Positions 62,295 through 64,000 of a DNA stretch of 64,000 nt are shown here, piece by piece. The stretch is from an uncultured Spirochaetota bacterium. GTDB taxonomy: Bacteria > Spirochaetota > Spirochaetia > SZUA-6 > Fen-1364. The stretch lies in NCBI GenBank assembly GCA_963734545.1, contig CAVTHO010000004.1, positions 32,001 to 96,000 on the forward strand, read 5' to 3'. Position 1 is the first letter of the stretch, and each line of letters begins with the position of its first letter. A program made the translations under genes and the position numbers. A model generated the notes under the pieces. The model did no database searches and was not told the DNA's origin. It saw only the letters and a program-made list of their open reading frames with translations.

Positions 62295-62330
62295 CAGGAG
62301 CCTCCGCGACTGCCGGACATTGCGGCCACG

Positions 62331-62352
62331 CCTTCCGCGGTACCCGCGGAGT
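62331..62352 (-). repeat. Inverted copy of the REP-like palindrome
   Basis: Reverse complement reads ACTCCGCGGGTACCGCGGAAGG. Confidence 0.75.
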
Positions 62353-62370
62353 CTGCGTGGCATTTCCTAC

Positions 62371-62405
62371 AAAAAGCGCGGGCGGGAGCAACGCTCCGCC
62401 CGCGC
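62371..62405 (-). terminator. Hairpin/terminator after the binding-protein gene
   Basis: GCGCGGGCGG(G)AGC/GCTCCGCCCGCGC plus T5 on the minus strand. Confidence 0.7.
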
Positions 62406-62426
62406 CCTGGTGGAGAAGATTAGGTG

Positions 62427-63461
62427 CTAGAACCCGAACGTGTCAACGTTCTTGAGGGTAATAGTGATCCAGCCCTGGCCCTGGAGCACCTTTGTGGAGC
62501 CGGGGGCGAACTTCATGCTGGTCCAGCCCGGAGCCTTCAGGTTGAGGCCGTTGGCGATCCTCTCGCCCTTGAGTATGGCGACGGCCATGGCGAGCATCGC
62601 GTAGCCTGCGTCCTTGGAGTCCCAAAGCAGGACCGCATCGGTGATGCCGGCCTTGAGGTATGGCTTGCACTCGTTGGGCAGCCCGACCGCGGTCACGAAC
62701 GCCTTGCCCTTGAGGCCGAGCTCCTGGATGGCGCGCGCCGTGCCCGGGACGGAAAGCGACGAGGTCCCGAGGACGCCCTTGAGATTAGGATACTTCTTGA
62801 ACAGCTCCTTGGCGCGCTGGTAGGCGGTGTCGAGGTTGTCCATGATCTCCACCCGCGGCTCGGCGGCGAGGAGGGTCATGTTGGGGTAGTGCGCCTTCTG
62901 GTAGGCGACGCCGGCGTCTGCCCACTCGTTGTGGGAAGCGTTGGTGACGTTGCCGACCATCGTCGTGTAGACACCCTTCTCCCCCATCATCCGGGCAAGC
63001 TCTTTCATGATCGTCTGGCCGAGGCCTTCATTGGAGAAGGCTTCGATGTCGTAGAGGCAGTTCTCCTGGGAGGCGCCTTCGTGGTCGATGACCACGATGC
63101 CCTTCGACAGCGCCTTTTCGAGCACGGGCTCGAGGGCCGACGGATCGACCGGTACGACGCAGATGGCGTCGACGCCCTGTGCGATGAGATCCTCGATGAC
63201 CTGGGCTTGCATGGCAGCGTCGGTCTTGGCAGGGCCCTTCTGGAAGACGTTGATCCCGGTGTCTTTTGCGAACTGCTTGACGCCGAGCTCCATGTGGACG
63301 AACCAGGCGTTCGTTGCGTCCTTAGGAACCAGGGCGATCTTCCAGGCCGACTGCGGCTTGGATGACTTGAACTTCATGGGATCATAGCTCTGGGCGAAAA
63401 GCGGCACCGCGAGCATGAAGACGAGCGCGAGCGATACGATGATGAGCATTGTTCGTTTCAC
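62427..63461 (-). CDS. LsrB/RhaS-like sugar or autoinducer-2 ABC substrate-binding protein
   Basis: Signal peptide; IALVPK..NAWF, DAAMQAQVIEDLIAQGVDAICVVP and LWD motifs. Confidence 0.88.
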   Translation of the reverse strand: MKRTMLIIVSLALVFMLAVPLFAQSYDPMKFKSSKPQSAWKIALVPKDATNAWFVHMELGVKQFAKDTGINVFQKGPAKTDAAMQAQVIEDLIAQGVDAICVVPVDPSALEPVLEKALSKGIVVIDHEGASQENCLYDIEAFSNEGLGQTIMKELARMMGEKGVYTTMVGNVTNASHNEWADAGVAYQKAHYPNMTLLAAEPRVEIMDNLDTAYQRAKELFKKYPNLKGVLGTSSLSVPGTARAIQELGLKGKAFVTAVGLPNECKPYLKAGITDAVLLWDSKDAGYAMLAMAVAILKGERIANGLNLKAPGWTSMKFAPGSTKVLQGQGWITITLKNVDTFGF

Positions 63462-63567
63462 TGTTTCCTCCTCCTTCGAAGATGGCACGAGTCTATCATT
63501 GGCATACATCCTGTCAAGCAAAATTTAGTGATGCATAAGTAAGACAGGAGATCATTTTGCGATCAAA

Positions 63568-63580
63568 TATTTACTAAATA
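63568..63580. promoter_or_regulatory. Palindrome TATTTACTAAATA, candidate operator in the divergent promoter region
   Basis: Perfect 6-1-6 inverted repeat between the ABC operon and the LacI gene; TTGACA at 63592. Confidence 0.45.
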
Positions 63581-63653
63581 TCCAGTTTTCCTTGACAAAT
63601 GACTGGTTCGAACCTACGCTGTACTTTGTGCCCAGGGAAAGGTCGGACAGGGA

Positions 63654-64000
63654 ATGAGCGTTCGCGTGAAGGATATCGCCCAGGCGGTCGGCGTCTCGCC
63701 GACGACGGTGTCGCTTGTCCTCAACAACAAGCCGGGCGCCGGGGAGAAGCTGCGCGAGCGGATTCTCCGCACGGCGAAGGACCTCGGGTATACGTCCCCG
63801 AAGGGCGCCAGGGCCGGCTCGCTTTGCCTCCTCCACATCGCTCGCCACGGCCACACCGTCAATCGTGACCATGACGTCTTCATCGCGGACTATATCGAAG
63901 GTCTCAGCCGCGAGGCGAAGCATGCGGGCTACGCCCTCGAGATCGTCACCTTCAAGCCGGCGCCGATAGAGCAGGTCCTCGAAGCCGCCCTCGGCAAAGC
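63654..64000 (+). CDS. LacI family regulator, 5' part (runs off window)
   Basis: MSVRVKDIAQAVGVSPTTVSLVLNNK HTH; open to the window end. Confidence 0.9.
   Translation, partial: MSVRVKDIAQAVGVSPTTVSLVLNNKPGAGEKLRERILRTAKDLGYTSPKGARAGSLCLLHIARHGHTVNRDHDVFIADYIEGLSREAKHAGYALEIVTFKPAPIEQVLEAALGK

Noticed and set aside
63606-63615. GGTTCGAACC as a further tRNA-like junction
   Set aside because: No GGGAGC core or arm homology follows; it lies in a promoter spacer.

Overview
High-GC chromosomal window, most likely from a free-living spirochaete. This rests on the flgN-flgK-flgL-fliW-csrA cluster, a group-X PFK, spirochaete-type hypothetical genes next to mfd, and a LolA-like/TP0789-type gene. Bases 1-38.4 kb are mostly core genome: tsaE/tsaB, PAS-HD-GYP, flagellar genes, trxB, a lipoate ligase, GH3, a GH94/ABC/LacI locus, mrfAB-like repair genes, glgC, mfd, ftsH, trpS, pfk, metK with a SAM-II-like riboswitch, amrS and tRNA-Asn. 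Single-base frameshifts in essential genes, densest at 31.3-37.5 kb, look like long-read errors, so CDS bounds there are approximate. Three observations stand out. (1) A ~20 kb island at the 3' end of tRNA-Asn (38408-58553) has no integrase. It is cut into five cassette-like segments by six junctions that share a GGG(G/A)AGC core and combine left and right arms in shuffled pairs; some arms read as recombinase-like C-terminal tails on the minus strand. Cargo is toxin-antitoxin pairs, a fucosidase/ABC locus and a light-response module. (2) In that module, an XRE-HTH protein fused to a CarH-type B12 photosensor domain sits upstream of an ABC/LolA-like/beta-barrel/photolyase operon. Paired CACR-N3-YGTG palindromes lie at all three promoters. 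(3) Tandem 24-bp CAGGA-loop hairpins, resembling CsrA sites, bracket the HD-GYP gene right beside csrA. All functional calls come from motif recognition by eye; no database searches were run.
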